64,000 bases of DNA from an uncultured Bacilli bacterium (lineage in GTDB: Bacteria; Bacillota_I; Bacilli_A; RF39; UBA660): assembly GCA_934102355.1 (NCBI GenBank), contig CAKOSO010000001.1:229620-293619 (forward strand), written 5' to 3'. Position numbers and translations under genes: made by a program. The notes beneath the pieces were generated by a model. It was not told where the DNA came from and ran no database searches. It saw only the letters and a list, made by a program, of their open reading frames with translations. Below are positions 16,737 to 27,195 of this stretch, in pieces (positions within the stretch are counted from its first letter, which is position 1; each line of letters opens with the position of its first letter).

Positions 16737-18494
16737 CTAATTATCATTTTTATTTAAATAATCAATTAAACTTATAGCAACATCTTCTGGAATAATAGTT
16801 TTTAATTCATCAATACTTGCTTCTTTTATTTTATTTATTGATTTATATTTTTTTAATAATTCTTTTCTTCTTTTATCCCCTATTCCAGAAACATTTTCTA
16901 ATATACTAGAAAGACCGCCTTTTTGCTTTATATTTCTATGATATGTAATAACATATCTATGAACTTCATCTTGCATCTTAGTTAAATATAAAAATAAATT
17001 ATTATCTTTTGGTAATTTTATCTCTTCTAAATTACTATCTATTATTGAATTAGTTCTATGATGATCATCTTTCTTAAGACCAATTACTTTTATATCTAAA
17101 TTTAAGCTATCAAGTATTTCTTTAGTAGCATTTACTTGTAGTTCACCACCATCTACAATAATTAAATCAGGTTTTTTTAAACCATCTAATAAAACCCTGT
17201 AATATCTTCTATAAATAACCTCTTTCATAGCAGATAAGTCATCTTTTACATCAATAGATATCTTATATTTTCTATACTCACTTTTTTTCGGTTCAAAACC
17301 TTCAAAAACAACCATTGCACCAACATAATAAGTACCAAATAAATGTGAATTATCAAAAAGTTCTATTCTATTTAACTCATCCAAATTAAGAAGTTCTTTT
17401 AATGAATTAATAGCTATATTTTTTTCATTTTCATTTCTTTTAATTAAATTAATTTTTTCTTTACTAGCAATCTCTGCATTTAAATTTGCCATGTCAAGAA
17501 TTTTTTTAATATCACCTTTTTTAGGTATTAAAACATTAACATCTAAATACTCATTCAATACTTCATAATCATTTATATCATTAATAACAATTTCTTTTGG
17601 AATAGAAAACTTCTCATAGAAATCAATAATATATCTAATATAAATATCATTATCTATAACATTATTAAAAATCTTATTATACTTACCAGTAACTACACCA
17701 TTTCTTATAAATAAAGTTGATATAGACAAAAAATTGTCTTCCATGTATATACCAAATACATCAAAATTATATCTAATACTAGATACTATTACCTGCTTAT
17801 TTAATATATTCTTGATACTATCTATTTCATCTTTTAAATCTTTTGCTTTTTCATAATTTAAAGCTTCACTAGCTTTATACATTTCTTCTTCTAATCTCTT
17901 AGTTAATACTTTATAATCACCATTTAAAATAGAAGTAATTTCTCTTTCCATATTATCTAGTTTTTCTTTATCAACTTCATATTTACAATACCCTAAACAC
18001 TCATTTATATGATAGTATAAACAAACATCTTTCTTTAAAGTCCTACACTTCTTTAATGGATATATTCTATTAAGTAAATTAACTGTTCTTCTTGCATCAT
18101 TAACATTAGGAAAAGGACCAAATAATTTATCCTTCGTTCTTTTTCTAACTTTATATCTTTCAATAGTAAGAGTTGGAAACTTATCATTTTTTAAAACTAT
18201 ATATGGATATGTCTTATCATCCTTTAATAAAATATTATATTTAGGATTATACTTTTTAATTAAATTTATTTCTAATATTAAACACTCAACATTAGTATTA
18301 GTAACAATATAATCAAAATCATAAATATTATCAACCAATACCTTAGTCTTACCAGTATGTATCTTATTAAAATAAGAATTAACTCTATTTTTTAAATTTT
18401 TAGCCTTACCAACATAAATAATAACACCATCTTTATTTTTCATTAAATAACATCCTGGTTTCGTTGGTAATAATCTTAGTTTTTCCTTTAACAT
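16737..18494 (-). CDS. uvrC: excinuclease ABC subunit C
   Basis: 585 aa. N-terminal GIY-YIG (GCYLMKNKDGVIIYVGKAKNLKNR), a UvrBC-interaction region, and a C-terminal RNaseH-like/HhH region. Confidence 0.85.
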   Translation of the reverse strand: MLKEKLRLLPTKPGCYLMKNKDGVIIYVGKAKNLKNRVNSYFNKIHTGKTKVLVDNIYDFDYIVTNTNVECLILEINLIKKYNPKYNILLKDDKTYPYIVLKNDKFPTLTIERYKVRKRTKDKLFGPFPNVNDARRTVNLLNRIYPLKKCRTLKKDVCLYYHINECLGYCKYEVDKEKLDNMEREITSILNGDYKVLTKRLEEEMYKASEALNYEKAKDLKDEIDSIKNILNKQVIVSSIRYNFDVFGIYMEDNFLSISTLFIRNGVVTGKYNKIFNNVIDNDIYIRYIIDFYEKFSIPKEIVINDINDYEVLNEYLDVNVLIPKKGDIKKILDMANLNAEIASKEKINLIKRNENEKNIAINSLKELLNLDELNRIELFDNSHLFGTYYVGAMVVFEGFEPKKSEYRKYKISIDVKDDLSAMKEVIYRRYYRVLLDGLKKPDLIIVDGGELQVNATKEILDSLNLDIKVIGLKKDDHHRTNSIIDSNLEEIKLPKDNNLFLYLTKMQDEVHRYVITYHRNIKQKGGLSSILENVSGIGDKRRKELLKKYKSINKIKEASIDELKTIIPEDVAISLIDYLNKNDN

Positions 18495-18502
18495 AAAAAC
18501 CT

Positions 18503-19399
18503 CTATCTAAAACTATCTAAAATACTCATAAAAGTATCATCCGGTTCTATTTCAAAAAATAATTCCTTACCAGTTATTGGATGAATAAATCTAATTGATT
18601 TAGAAACAAGCATTTGTCCATAATCCTCATCAATAATCTTTCTATTTCCATACACTAAATCATTCACAATTGGATATCCAATATAGTTTAAATGAACCCT
18701 TATCTGATGTGTTCTACCTGTTTCTAACCTACATTTAATTAAAGTTACATCCTTAAATCTTTGAACAACACTAAAATGTGTAACAGCATCCTTACTATTT
18801 ATATCAGTAACAGTATACTTTTGTCTATTAGTTATACTTCTTCCTATAGGAGCATCAATTTTACCATTATCACACCTAACATTACCCCATACAAGCGCTA
18901 AATAAATTCTTTCAACTTCTTTATTTTTTATCATTTTACTAAGTAATTCATGGGTTTTATCATCTTTTGCAACAACCATTAAACCACTCGTATCTTTATC
19001 AAGTCTGTGAACAATACCAGGTCTTACATCATCTTTTTTACTAACTTTATTAAAGTGATATAATAAAGCATTAACTAAAGTATGATTCTTATTTCCAACA
19101 GCAGGATGGGTAACAATTCCAGACTTTTTATTTATGATTGCTAAATATTCATCTTCATAAACAATATCAATAGGAATATTCTCTTTTTCAATAACAATCT
19201 CATCATCTATATCATTTATAGAAATAATATCTTCATTTTTAACTTTATAACTTTTTTTAACAACTAAACCATTTACTAAAATATTGTCACTATCAATTAA
19301 ATTATTAATCTTACTTCTTGAAAAATCAGTATTTGAAGCAAGATAAACATCTAATCTTAAATTTTCATCATTATTTACTTTTATTTCCATCTTTACCAC
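18503..19399 (-). CDS. rluD: RluA-family 23S rRNA pseudouridine synthase (RluD-like)
   Basis: 298 aa. S4 domain plus the HRLDKDTSGLMVVAK catalytic motif. Confidence 0.8.
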   Translation of the reverse strand: MVKMEIKVNNDENLRLDVYLASNTDFSRSKINNLIDSDNILVNGLVVKKSYKVKNEDIISINDIDDEIVIEKENIPIDIVYEDEYLAIINKKSGIVTHPAVGNKNHTLVNALLYHFNKVSKKDDVRPGIVHRLDKDTSGLMVVAKDDKTHELLSKMIKNKEVERIYLALVWGNVRCDNGKIDAPIGRSITNRQKYTVTDINSKDAVTHFSVVQRFKDVTLIKCRLETGRTHQIRVHLNYIGYPIVNDLVYGNRKIIDEDYGQMLVSKSIRFIHPITGKELFFEIEPDDTFMSILDSFR

Positions 19400-19847
19400 C
19401 TCTTATAATAGATATAATAAACAAGAAGGTTCCAATACATATTGCTATATCAGCTATATTAAATATTGGGAAACTATAACCAAATATCTTAAATCCAATA
19501 AAATCAACCACATATAACCTAAAAACCCTATCAAATAGATTACCACTTATACCACCAATAAGTAAACTAAGAGAAAAACTTTCTAATTTAGACATATTAT
19601 TTTTAATCATTTTTTTATTTATATATATTAACATAATAATAGCAAGAATTATAAGAATAACTATACACCCACTAAAAAGTGAAAACGCAGCACCAGTATT
19701 TTTTACATAATATAAATAAAAGAAATTAGAAATTATATCATAAGATTTTCCAGGTACTAAATAATTAATAACTAAAAATTTAGATACTATATCTATTAAA
19801 AATACAATTAATGCGCCTATATAAACTTTAAGCTTCACTTCAATCAC
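19371..19847 (-). CDS. lspA: lipoprotein signal peptidase II
   Basis: 158 aa, 4 TM helices, conserved NTGAAFS and FNIAD motifs. Confidence 0.8.
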   Translation of the reverse strand: MIEVKLKVYIGALIVFLIDIVSKFLVINYLVPGKSYDIISNFFYLYYVKNTGAAFSLFSGCIVILIILAIIMLIYINKKMIKNNMSKLESFSLSLLIGGISGNLFDRVFRLYVVDFIGFKIFGYSFPIFNIADIAICIGTFLFIISIIRGGKDGNKSK

Positions 19848-19862
19848 CTACCAATATAATAT

Positions 19863-19896
19863 CAAAAAAAAATACTTAAAACCACCATTTTAAGTA
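19863..19896 (-). terminator. terminator after mscL
   Basis: Stem TACTTAAAA/TTTTAAGTA with loop CCACCA, preceded by A9 (T-run on minus). Confidence 0.55.
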
Positions 19897-19916
19897 TTTA
19901 ATAATTAAATTAACTC

Positions 19917-20324
19917 TTATTTACTTTCCTTTAGTAAATCTCTTATTTCCTCTAAAAGAACAACTTTTTCATCTTTTTTAACTTCTTTTACTTCTTCTTT
20001 CTTTTTAGATAGTTTATTTATAATTTTTACAAAAGTAAAAATACAAATAGCAATAATTAAAAAATCAATAACATTTTGTATAAACATACCATAAGAAATA
20101 GTAGCATCTTTTACTTTGATAGTTAAATTAGAAAAATCTATTCCTCCAATTATAATACCTAAAAGTGGCATAATAATATCATTTACTAATGAAGTAACAA
20201 TTTTACCAAAAGCACCACCAATAATTACACCAACAGATAAATCAACAATATTTCCTTTCGAAATAAAACTCTTAAACTCTTTAATTGTTTTATTTCCTTT
20301 TTCTAAAACTTCTTTCTTTTTCAT
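19917..20324 (-). CDS. mscL: large-conductance mechanosensitive channel
   Basis: [28 protein letters not shown] signature. Start chosen at the ATG at 20324 (MKKKEVL), which has a GGTGA RBS. Confidence 0.8.
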   Translation of the reverse strand: MKKKEVLEKGNKTIKEFKSFISKGNIVDLSVGVIIGGAFGKIVTSLVNDIIMPLLGIIIGGIDFSNLTIKVKDATISYGMFIQNVIDFLIIAICIFTFVKIINKLSKKKEEVKEVKKDEKVVLLEEIRDLLKESK

Positions 20325-20370
20325 AAAATCACCAAAGAATATTTTAACACAAGATAATTTTTTAAACAAA

Positions 20371-20601
20371 TTATAATCTTACTAAAATAACATCTTCACC
20401 AATTTTTTCAATTTTATCCCAACTTATTTCAGATTCACTATCCTTGCTATTAAATTTAAAAAGTCTTTTACCATTTTCTATAACAAAAGATTCTAATTTA
20501 CCAGACATATCAAGTTTAACATCAATAATATTACCTATCTTTCTACCATTTAAATCAATAATATCTTTATGTTGAAGCTCTGATAATCTCATTAAAACCA
20601 C
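20371..20601 (-). CDS. YlmC/YmxH-family PRC-barrel sporulation protein
   Basis: 76 aa with the [24 protein letters not shown] pattern. Sits downstream of sigG, as in other sporeformers. Confidence 0.7.
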   Translation of the reverse strand: MVLMRLSELQHKDIIDLNGRKIGNIIDVKLDMSGKLESFVIENGKRLFKFNSKDSESEISWDKIEKIGEDVILVRL

Positions 20602-20637
20602 CTATTTAATTTTAGTAATAAATTATACTAATTATTC

Positions 20638-21408
20638 TTAAAGTTGTTTTCTAACTCTAGTTAAAGCATTTTTTTCAAGCCTTGATATTTGTGCCTGAGA
20701 AATACCTATTTCACTTGCTATCTCCATTTGTGTTTTACCTATTATAAATCTTTGATCAATTATATATCTATCCCTTTCAGATAAATTAGAAATTGCTTTA
20801 TTTAAAGCTATTTTAAGATCTAAATCTTCACTACACTTTTTGTCTTCAATTTGATCAAATAAATATATAGTATCACCACCATCATTATATATAGGTTCAA
20901 ATAAAGAAACTGTAGGTTTTAAAGATTCCAAAGCATTAATTATATCAAACTCATCAATTTCTAATAATTCTGCTAACTCTTTCACAGTAGGTTCCTTACC
21001 ATTTTGAAGAATTAACTCATCTTTTAGTTTTAAAACCTTATAAGCAATATCCTTAACACTTCTAGAAACCCTAATAGTATTATTATCTCTTAAATATCTT
21101 TTAATTTCACCAAGAACCATAGGAACACAATATGTAGAAAATTTAACTCCATAAGATAAATCAAAATTATCTATAGCTTTTAAAAGACCAATACATCCAA
21201 CTTGAAATAAATCATCTAAATTTTCATCTTTTCTATTAAACTTTTTAAGAATAGATAAAACTAGTTTCAAATTACCATCAACAAGAAGTGTTCTAGCATT
21301 CATATCACCATTTTTAAATCTTGTAAATAACTCTGTCATCTCTTCACTAGATAAAACCTTGATATCATTTGTATTAACACCAGTAATATCAACTTTATAT
21401 TTTGCCAT
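20638..21408 (-). CDS. sigG: sporulation sigma factor SigG
   Basis: 256 aa, near-colinear with B. subtilis SigG (DLFQVGCIGLLKAIDNFD, VSLFEPIYNDGGD, GISQAQISRLEK). Confidence 0.85.
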   Translation of the reverse strand: MAKYKVDITGVNTNDIKVLSSEEMTELFTRFKNGDMNARTLLVDGNLKLVLSILKKFNRKDENLDDLFQVGCIGLLKAIDNFDLSYGVKFSTYCVPMVLGEIKRYLRDNNTIRVSRSVKDIAYKVLKLKDELILQNGKEPTVKELAELLEIDEFDIINALESLKPTVSLFEPIYNDGGDTIYLFDQIEDKKCSEDLDLKIALNKAISNLSERDRYIIDQRFIIGKTQMEIASEIGISQAQISRLEKNALTRVRKQL

Positions 21409-21579
21409 AAAAATCTCCTTACACTTATTTATTGGTATAAAAATAAACTATTTATTCAAAAAGTAATAATTAATCTTATCTTTTTTATCAAAAAGTTTTA
21501 GACATATCTTCATCTATTTCCATTTGTATATATTATTTAACATCTCAACTACACATATAACACGAAAATACTAAAGATC

Positions 21580-21612
21580 TTAAAAAAATGCGTACAAAAT
21601 ACGCATTTTTCC
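21580..21612 (-). terminator. terminator after the M23 peptidase gene
   Basis: AATGCGTA-caaaa-TACGCATT with A7/T5 flanks. Confidence 0.6.
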
Positions 21613-21626
21613 TGTGTAAAGCTTAC

Positions 21627-22484
21627 TTATTTTTCATAATATAATGTTTCATCTTTTTTCATATTTATATAATAAATACCTTCTTTTGGAGCTTTAAATA
21701 ATTTATATTTATTTTCTATTGATTCATCAGGATTTGTAGGATCTATAGGAGGATCTATAATTGGTTCTACTTTATAAACCTCTATATCATCAGTATTAGC
21801 AACCCACTTATTATCATCAATCTTATACCAACTATAATCACCATTTAAAGTAACATCATAATAATTATAAATTCCTAAATCAATATATCCAAGAATTTCA
21901 CCATTTGGTTCTTTTCTACATCTTAAATATTTATTTTTTACAAGAATTTGATTTTTAGTAGTATCCCTATCTACTATCAAAGATGAACCAACAACTCTAA
22001 AAACCTTAGAAGAAGTCACATTATCATTAGACATTCCTTGATCATCAAATAAAAACACATACTGAGTTGGATCAACTCCATATTTCAGTCTGTCATAAGG
22101 ACTATAAACATAATCAATAGGACATTTCCACAATTCTAAATGTAAATGATTTCCAGTTGATGAACCAGTACTTCCCATAACCCCTATTGCAGTTCCTCTT
22201 GTAACAGCATCACCAACTTTATAAATAGATCTATTATTCATATGTAAATACTTATGAATCCACTTATATCCATCACCAATAGTTTCTATAGCAATGTAAT
22301 TACCAGCAGCTGAATCAAACCTTTCATCAACTACGACTCCATCATTTATAGCAAGTATAGAAGGATACATTCCACCACTTACACTACTCCAACCAAGATC
22401 AAGTCCGTAATGAACTCTATCATCAGTACTACCATATGGATCAGTAATTGCTACATAATTTAAAGGATACCTATTGTACTTCAT
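21627..22484 (-). CDS. M23/LytM-family peptidoglycan endopeptidase with a C-terminal SH3-like region
   Basis: HYGLDLG and GNHLHLE motifs. Start at the internal ATG at 22484 (MKYNRYPL) so as not to overlap the upstream gene. Confidence 0.65.
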   Translation of the reverse strand: MKYNRYPLNYVAITDPYGSTDDRVHYGLDLGWSSVSGGMYPSILAINDGVVVDERFDSAAGNYIAIETIGDGYKWIHKYLHMNNRSIYKVGDAVTRGTAIGVMGSTGSSTGNHLHLELWKCPIDYVYSPYDRLKYGVDPTQYVFLFDDQGMSNDNVTSSKVFRVVGSSLIVDRDTTKNQILVKNKYLRCRKEPNGEILGYIDLGIYNYYDVTLNGDYSWYKIDDNKWVANTDDIEVYKVEPIIDPPIDPTNPDESIENKYKLFKAPKEGIYYINMKKDETLYYEK

Positions 22485-22872
22485 TCGTACCGCCCTTAAT
22501 ATTATTATCAATAGGAACTGATACTACTTTTGTTTCTTCATCCTTTTTAGCAACAATACTTGTTGAAACATTTAATAACTCTTTTAATTTAACTAAATCT
22601 TTATATCCATAAACTATTATACTAGCAATAAATAATGTCTTAACAGCTTCCGCAAGATTCATACTTATCCCAGCAACATCAGCAACTATAATATCCGGAT
22701 TTAAAACTCCACATAAATACATAAGTCCAATACCTGTAACAATACAAAGCGACTTAAACATGCCTGCAAAAAGTCGCTTTAAACAAAACTCACATTTAAA
22801 CGTAGATATTGTAACTCCTAAAAAAGTGTTAGAAAGCATTACACACAAAAGGCCAATTACTATATTTTTCAT
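22471..22872 (-). CDS. small 3-TM protein, possible TcdE/UviB-type (phage_holin_4_1) holin
   Basis: 133 aa with 3 predicted TM helices and a charged C-terminus. Weak resemblance to TcdE-family holins. Directly upstream of a PG hydrolase gene. Confidence 0.35.
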   Translation of the reverse strand: MKNIVIGLLCVMLSNTFLGVTISTFKCEFCLKRLFAGMFKSLCIVTGIGLMYLCGVLNPDIIVADVAGISMNLAEAVKTLFIASIIVYGYKDLVKLKELLNVSTSIVAKKDEETKVVSVPIDNNIKGGTNEVQ

Positions 22873-22935
22873 TTTAATCTCCTTTCAATATAAATTATGA
22901 AAGAGATTAATTTTTGAATGTTTATGTAACCAAAA

Positions 22936-22966
22936 AATAAGAAATTACCATTTGAAATTTCTTATT
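22936..22966 (-). terminator. terminator overlapping the xfp stop codon
   Basis: Perfect 11-bp inverted repeat AATAAGAAATT/AATTTCTTATT spanning the stop at 22945, with an A-run on plus (T-run on minus). Confidence 0.55.
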
Positions 22967-25275
22967 TCTTCCATATCTATACCATTTTCTACAATATATG
23001 CTTCATGTTTTTCTAACATTTCATTGCAATATTTAATTAATTCTTCTTTTCCTTTTTTCTTATCAATATACTTTAAAGCATTTAAAATCAAATGATATCT
23101 ATCAATTTTATTTTTAACCCTCATATCAAACGGAGTTGTAATTGTTCCTTCTTCTATATAACCATGAACATGTAAATTTTTATTTGTTCTTTTATATGTT
23201 AACTGATGAATTAAATTAGGGTAACCATGAAATGCAAAAACAATTGGTTTCGTTTTAGTAAATAAAGCATCATAATCTTTATTTGACATTCCATGAGGAT
23301 GTTCAAGATCACTAACAAGTTTCATAAGATCAATAACATTAACAACCCTTACTTGTAAACTAGGCATATATTCATTAAGTATCTTTGTAGCAGCTAAAAC
23401 TTCTAAAGTTGGAGTATCTCCACAACAAGCAAGTACCAAATCAGGATTCTTTTCACTAGAAGCAAAGTTAAGAATTCCTATTCCCTTTTTACAATGTTCC
23501 TTAGCTTCTTTCATACTAAGCCATTGTAATTGTGGATGTTTTGATGCAACAATTACATTTATATAATCCTTAGTTTTTATACAATGGTCAAAAGTAGATA
23601 ATAATGTGTTAGTATCAATCGGTAAATAAATTCTAACAGTGTCAGCTTTCTTAGTAGCAACATGATTTAAAAACCCTGGATCTTGATGAGTATACCCATT
23701 ATGATCTTGTTGCCATATATGTGAAGTTAACACATAGTTTAAAGATGGAATCTCTTTTCTAAAAGGTATCTCCTTACTAACCTTTATCCATTTTGCATGT
23801 TGACTAGCCATTGAATCAATAATCCTAACAAATGCTTCATAACTATGCAAAAATCCATATCTACCTGTTAATATATATCCTTCTAATGCACCTTCACAAA
23901 CATGTTCAGATAAGAATGAATCAAAAACCCTACCATTAGGAGCTAAAAACTCATCATTTGGAAGAGTTCTCTTCTCCCACACTCTATTTGTTTTTTCGAA
24001 AACATGATTCAATCTATTAGATAAAGCTTCATCAGGTCCAAAAATTCTAAAATTCTTATTTTCATCATTTAATACAAATAAATCTCTAACATAACTACCA
24101 AGTTCCATCATATCAGAAGTACATTTCGTACCTCTTTTATTAAATTTAAATGCATAACAATCAACATTAGGAGTAATAATCTCATTACGAACTCCACCAT
24201 GACATATTTCCTTATTACTCATACATAATTCTTCTGGAGGAATAAGTTCTCTTAATTCTTCTATAAGACGCCCATTACTATCAAATAATTCTTCAGGATG
24301 ATAACTTCTTAACCAACTTTCTAATAAACTTATATTATCTTCAGTTACATTAATAGGTATTTGATGAGATCTAAAACTATCAACTATAGGTTTTCCATCA
24401 ACCTCTTTAGGACCTGTCCAACCTTTTGGAGTCTTTAAAATAAGCATTGGCCACTTTACATCACTAATATTCATATATTTAGCTTTTCTTTTATTTCTTT
24501 TGATGTTACGAACTATCTTCTTTAAAATACTCATCATTTCTTCATGCATATAATATGGATCATTACCTTCTAAATAATAAGGCTTCCATCCACATGCTGA
24601 AAAGAAATTCATAAGTTCTTCTTTACTCATTCTTCCAAATATTGTTGGATTAGAGATTTTATAACCATTAAGATGTAAAATCGGTAAAATAACACCATCA
24701 TTTTTTGGATTCAAAAACTTACCCAAATGCCATGAAGTCGCTAAAGGACCAGTTTCTGCTTCTCCGTCTCCAACAACACAACTAGCAATAAGATCTGGAT
24801 TATCTAAAACAGCCCCATAAGCATGAGAAAGACTATATCCAAGCTCCCCACCCTCATGGATAGAACCAGGAACCTCAGGAGAAACATGACTTGATACACC
24901 GCCAGGAAAACTAAATCTCTTAAAAAGTTTTTTCATTCCCTCTTTATCCATAGTAACTTCAGGATAATACTTACTATAAATACCTTCTAAATATGAATTA
25001 GCAATCATAGCTTCTCCACCATGACCAGGACCAGATAAATAAATCATATTAAGCTTATATTTTTTTATTATCCTATTTAAATGAACATAAATAAAGTTTT
25101 GTCCAGGAGCAGTACCCCAATGACCAACTAATTTCTTTTTTATATCAGTCATTTGAAGAGGTCTTTCAAGTAAAGGGTTATCAAGTAAATATAGTTGCCC
25201 TACTGACAAATAATTACAAGCTCTATAATACATATCAATTTTTTCAATTTCTAAATCTTTACTCATATCACACAC
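22945..25275 (-). CDS. xfp: xylulose-5-phosphate/fructose-6-phosphate phosphoketolase
   Basis: 776 aa. XFP N-terminal signature (GHWGTAPG), TPP-binding region, typical XFP length. Confidence 0.85.
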   Translation of the reverse strand: MCDMSKDLEIEKIDMYYRACNYLSVGQLYLLDNPLLERPLQMTDIKKKLVGHWGTAPGQNFIYVHLNRIIKKYKLNMIYLSGPGHGGEAMIANSYLEGIYSKYYPEVTMDKEGMKKLFKRFSFPGGVSSHVSPEVPGSIHEGGELGYSLSHAYGAVLDNPDLIASCVVGDGEAETGPLATSWHLGKFLNPKNDGVILPILHLNGYKISNPTIFGRMSKEELMNFFSACGWKPYYLEGNDPYYMHEEMMSILKKIVRNIKRNKRKAKYMNISDVKWPMLILKTPKGWTGPKEVDGKPIVDSFRSHQIPINVTEDNISLLESWLRSYHPEELFDSNGRLIEELRELIPPEELCMSNKEICHGGVRNEIITPNVDCYAFKFNKRGTKCTSDMMELGSYVRDLFVLNDENKNFRIFGPDEALSNRLNHVFEKTNRVWEKRTLPNDEFLAPNGRVFDSFLSEHVCEGALEGYILTGRYGFLHSYEAFVRIIDSMASQHAKWIKVSKEIPFRKEIPSLNYVLTSHIWQQDHNGYTHQDPGFLNHVATKKADTVRIYLPIDTNTLLSTFDHCIKTKDYINVIVASKHPQLQWLSMKEAKEHCKKGIGILNFASSEKNPDLVLACCGDTPTLEVLAATKILNEYMPSLQVRVVNVIDLMKLVSDLEHPHGMSNKDYDALFTKTKPIVFAFHGYPNLIHQLTYKRTNKNLHVHGYIEEGTITTPFDMRVKNKIDRYHLILNALKYIDKKKGKEELIKYCNEMLEKHEAYIVENGIDMEEIRNFKW

Positions 25276-25329
25276 ATCCTATTTTATATAAGTAGTATAT
25301 CAAAAATAAAATAAAATTAAAATACTAAC

Positions 25330-25680
25330 TTAATCTTTTGGTTTAAATATAAGAGCAAATATAAAGCTAAATACCAAAGCAGAAGTAATTCCTGCCGCAG
25401 TAAGATCAAACATCCCCATAGAAACACCCATAGCACCACTCTCTACACTTCTATGAAGTGCACCATGAGCTAGTAAATGCCCAAAACTTGTAATAGGAAC
25501 TAAAGCACCTCCACCAACCTTTTGAATAATTTTATCATAAATACTAAAAGTATCAAGCAAAGCCCCGATTACAACAAACATAGCAGTAATATGCCCAGCA
25601 GAAAGTTTAGTATTATCTATAATGATTTGAGCAATCAAACAAAGAGCACCTGCAAACAAAAATGAATATATATAAGTCAT
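25330..25680 (-). CDS. spoVAEB: stage V sporulation protein AEb
   Basis: Small polytopic SpoVAC/SpoVAEb-family protein. Start at 25680 (GGAGGTAGTGGA RBS), ATGA-coupled to spoVAD. Confidence 0.7.
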   Translation of the reverse strand: MTYIYSFLFAGALCLIAQIIIDNTKLSAGHITAMFVVIGALLDTFSIYDKIIQKVGGGALVPITSFGHLLAHGALHRSVESGAMGVSMGMFDLTAAGITSALVFSFIFALIFKPKD

Positions 25681-26672
25681 TCCACTACCTCCAAACAAAC
25701 AGCATTAGCAATTCCTAAAATATCTTGTTTTTGAAAAACCATCGTTGGATTAAATAAAGCACCAGTAGCTATTAATAAAACTTTTTTTAAATTTTTCTTT
25801 TTTAACATATCTAAAATATATCCGTAATTCACAAGTGCACTACAAACCGGACCTGATCCACCGGCCATAACCTCTTTTTGTATTTTTGTATCATATAGCA
25901 TTAAACCACAATCATTATATTTACGAGAAACTAATATATTATACTTTCTAGCCATTATATCTTTTAATATTTCTGCACCATAAATACCTAAATCACCAGA
26001 TAAAACTAAATCATAATCATCTAAAGTAGTATTAGTGTTATTTAAATGCCTAACTAATGTATCAGCACATGCAGGTGCCATAACTGCACCCATATGATTT
26101 ACATCAGTCTGATGCAAATTTATAACCCTACCAATAGTAGCAGAAGTAACTCTTATATCACTTTTCTTTCTAGAAAGCAAAATACTTGCACCACCAGTTG
26201 CAGTAAAAGTAGCAGTAGATGGTTTCAAAGCTCCATATTCTATTGGATTTCTAAACTGTTTTTCAGCAACCAAATTATGAGAAGAAGTTGTACAAATAAT
26301 ATTTTTAGCAAGTTTTGATTCTAAAAAAGAAGAACCGATAATTAAACCTTCAATACTAGTAGCACACGCCGTATATACCCCTAAAAAAGAAGCCTTATAA
26401 TCAGAAAATGCATAACAAGAAGAAGCTATCTGATTAGTTAAATCACCACCAATAAATATATCAACATTATCTTTAATAATTTTTTCTTTATCTAACAAAA
26501 TATTAATTGCATCCTTTTGCATCTTAACCTCTGATAGCTCAACAGATTTTTTGTCCATATAATAATCATTATAAACTTTATCAAAAAATTCTCTTAAAGG
26601 ACCATTTGCTTCAACCGGACCAGCTACAGTTGCAGAATTTAACACATAAACATTATCAAATTTTAAAGTCAT
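25677..26672 (-). CDS. spoVAD: stage V sporulation protein AD
   Basis: 331 aa with a thiolase-like fold (CATSIEGL... motif), between spoVAC and spoVAEb. Confidence 0.8.
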   Translation of the reverse strand: MTLKFDNVYVLNSATVAGPVEANGPLREFFDKVYNDYYMDKKSVELSEVKMQKDAINILLDKEKIIKDNVDIFIGGDLTNQIASSCYAFSDYKASFLGVYTACATSIEGLIIGSSFLESKLAKNIICTTSSHNLVAEKQFRNPIEYGALKPSTATFTATGGASILLSRKKSDIRVTSATIGRVINLHQTDVNHMGAVMAPACADTLVRHLNNTNTTLDDYDLVLSGDLGIYGAEILKDIMARKYNILVSRKYNDCGLMLYDTKIQKEVMAGGSGPVCSALVNYGYILDMLKKKNLKKVLLIATGALFNPTMVFQKQDILGIANAVCLEVVE

Positions 26673-26674
26673 AA

Positions 26675-27121
26675 TTAACCTCCCACAACCAAAGCAAATA
26701 AATACCTTATTATACTAAATACATAAGCTGAAATAACCCCATACAATATAACTGAACCAGCAAGTTTAAAAATATTACTTCCAATACCATATATTAAACC
26801 TTCTTTTTTATAATCTAGTGCAGCACTACAAACAGAATGAGCAAAACCTGTTATCGGTATAATAAATCCCATCTTTCCAAACTTAACAAAGTTATCAAAA
26901 ACACCAATTGCAGTAAGAAAACAAGCAATAAATATTAAAGTACTTATCATAAATACACTTGCATCATTACTACTTATTCTTAAAATATAAGAATAAAAAT
27001 TAATCAAAAAATTTGCTATGGCTCCAATAAGTCCACCAACAACAAAAGCAATAAAAGCATTATAAACTCTATGCTCCTTAGGTAAATGCTTTTTTACTAC
27101 CAAATCATAATTATTTTCCAT
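26675..27121 (-). CDS. spoVAC: stage V sporulation protein AC
   Basis: Polytopic SpoVAC-family protein. Start placed at the ATG at 27121 (MENNYDLVVKK), downstream of a forespore-type promoter. Confidence 0.7.
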   Translation of the reverse strand: MENNYDLVVKKHLPKEHRVYNAFIAFVVGGLIGAIANFLINFYSYILRISSNDASVFMISTLIFIACFLTAIGVFDNFVKFGKMGFIIPITGFAHSVCSAALDYKKEGLIYGIGSNIFKLAGSVILYGVISAYVFSIIRYLFALVVGG

Positions 27122-27135
27122 ACAATCACCATTTT

Positions 27136-27164
27136 TAGTATGGAAAAGCAAAAAATATTTATAC
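27136..27164 (-). promoter_or_regulatory. SigG/SigF-type forespore promoter of the spoVA operon
   Basis: Minus-strand GTATA (27160-27164), 17-nt spacer, CATACTA (27136-27142). This matches the GYATA-N17/18-CATNNTA consensus. Confidence 0.55.
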
Positions 27165-27171
27165 AACAAAA

Positions 27172-27190
27172 AAATGCACAATGTGCATTT
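27172..27190 (-). terminator. terminator of the coupling-protein gene
   Basis: Perfect 9-bp palindrome AAATGCACA-a-TGTGCATTT followed by T7 on the minus strand, between the T4CP stop (27196) and the spoVA promoter. Confidence 0.55.
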
Positions 27191-27195
27191 AATTA

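Noticed and set aside
21409-21500. SigF/SigG promoter upstream of sigG (TGAATAA...CCAATAAATA)
   Set aside because: A -35-like GAATA is present but the -10 does not fit CATNNTA convincingly. Left uncalled.
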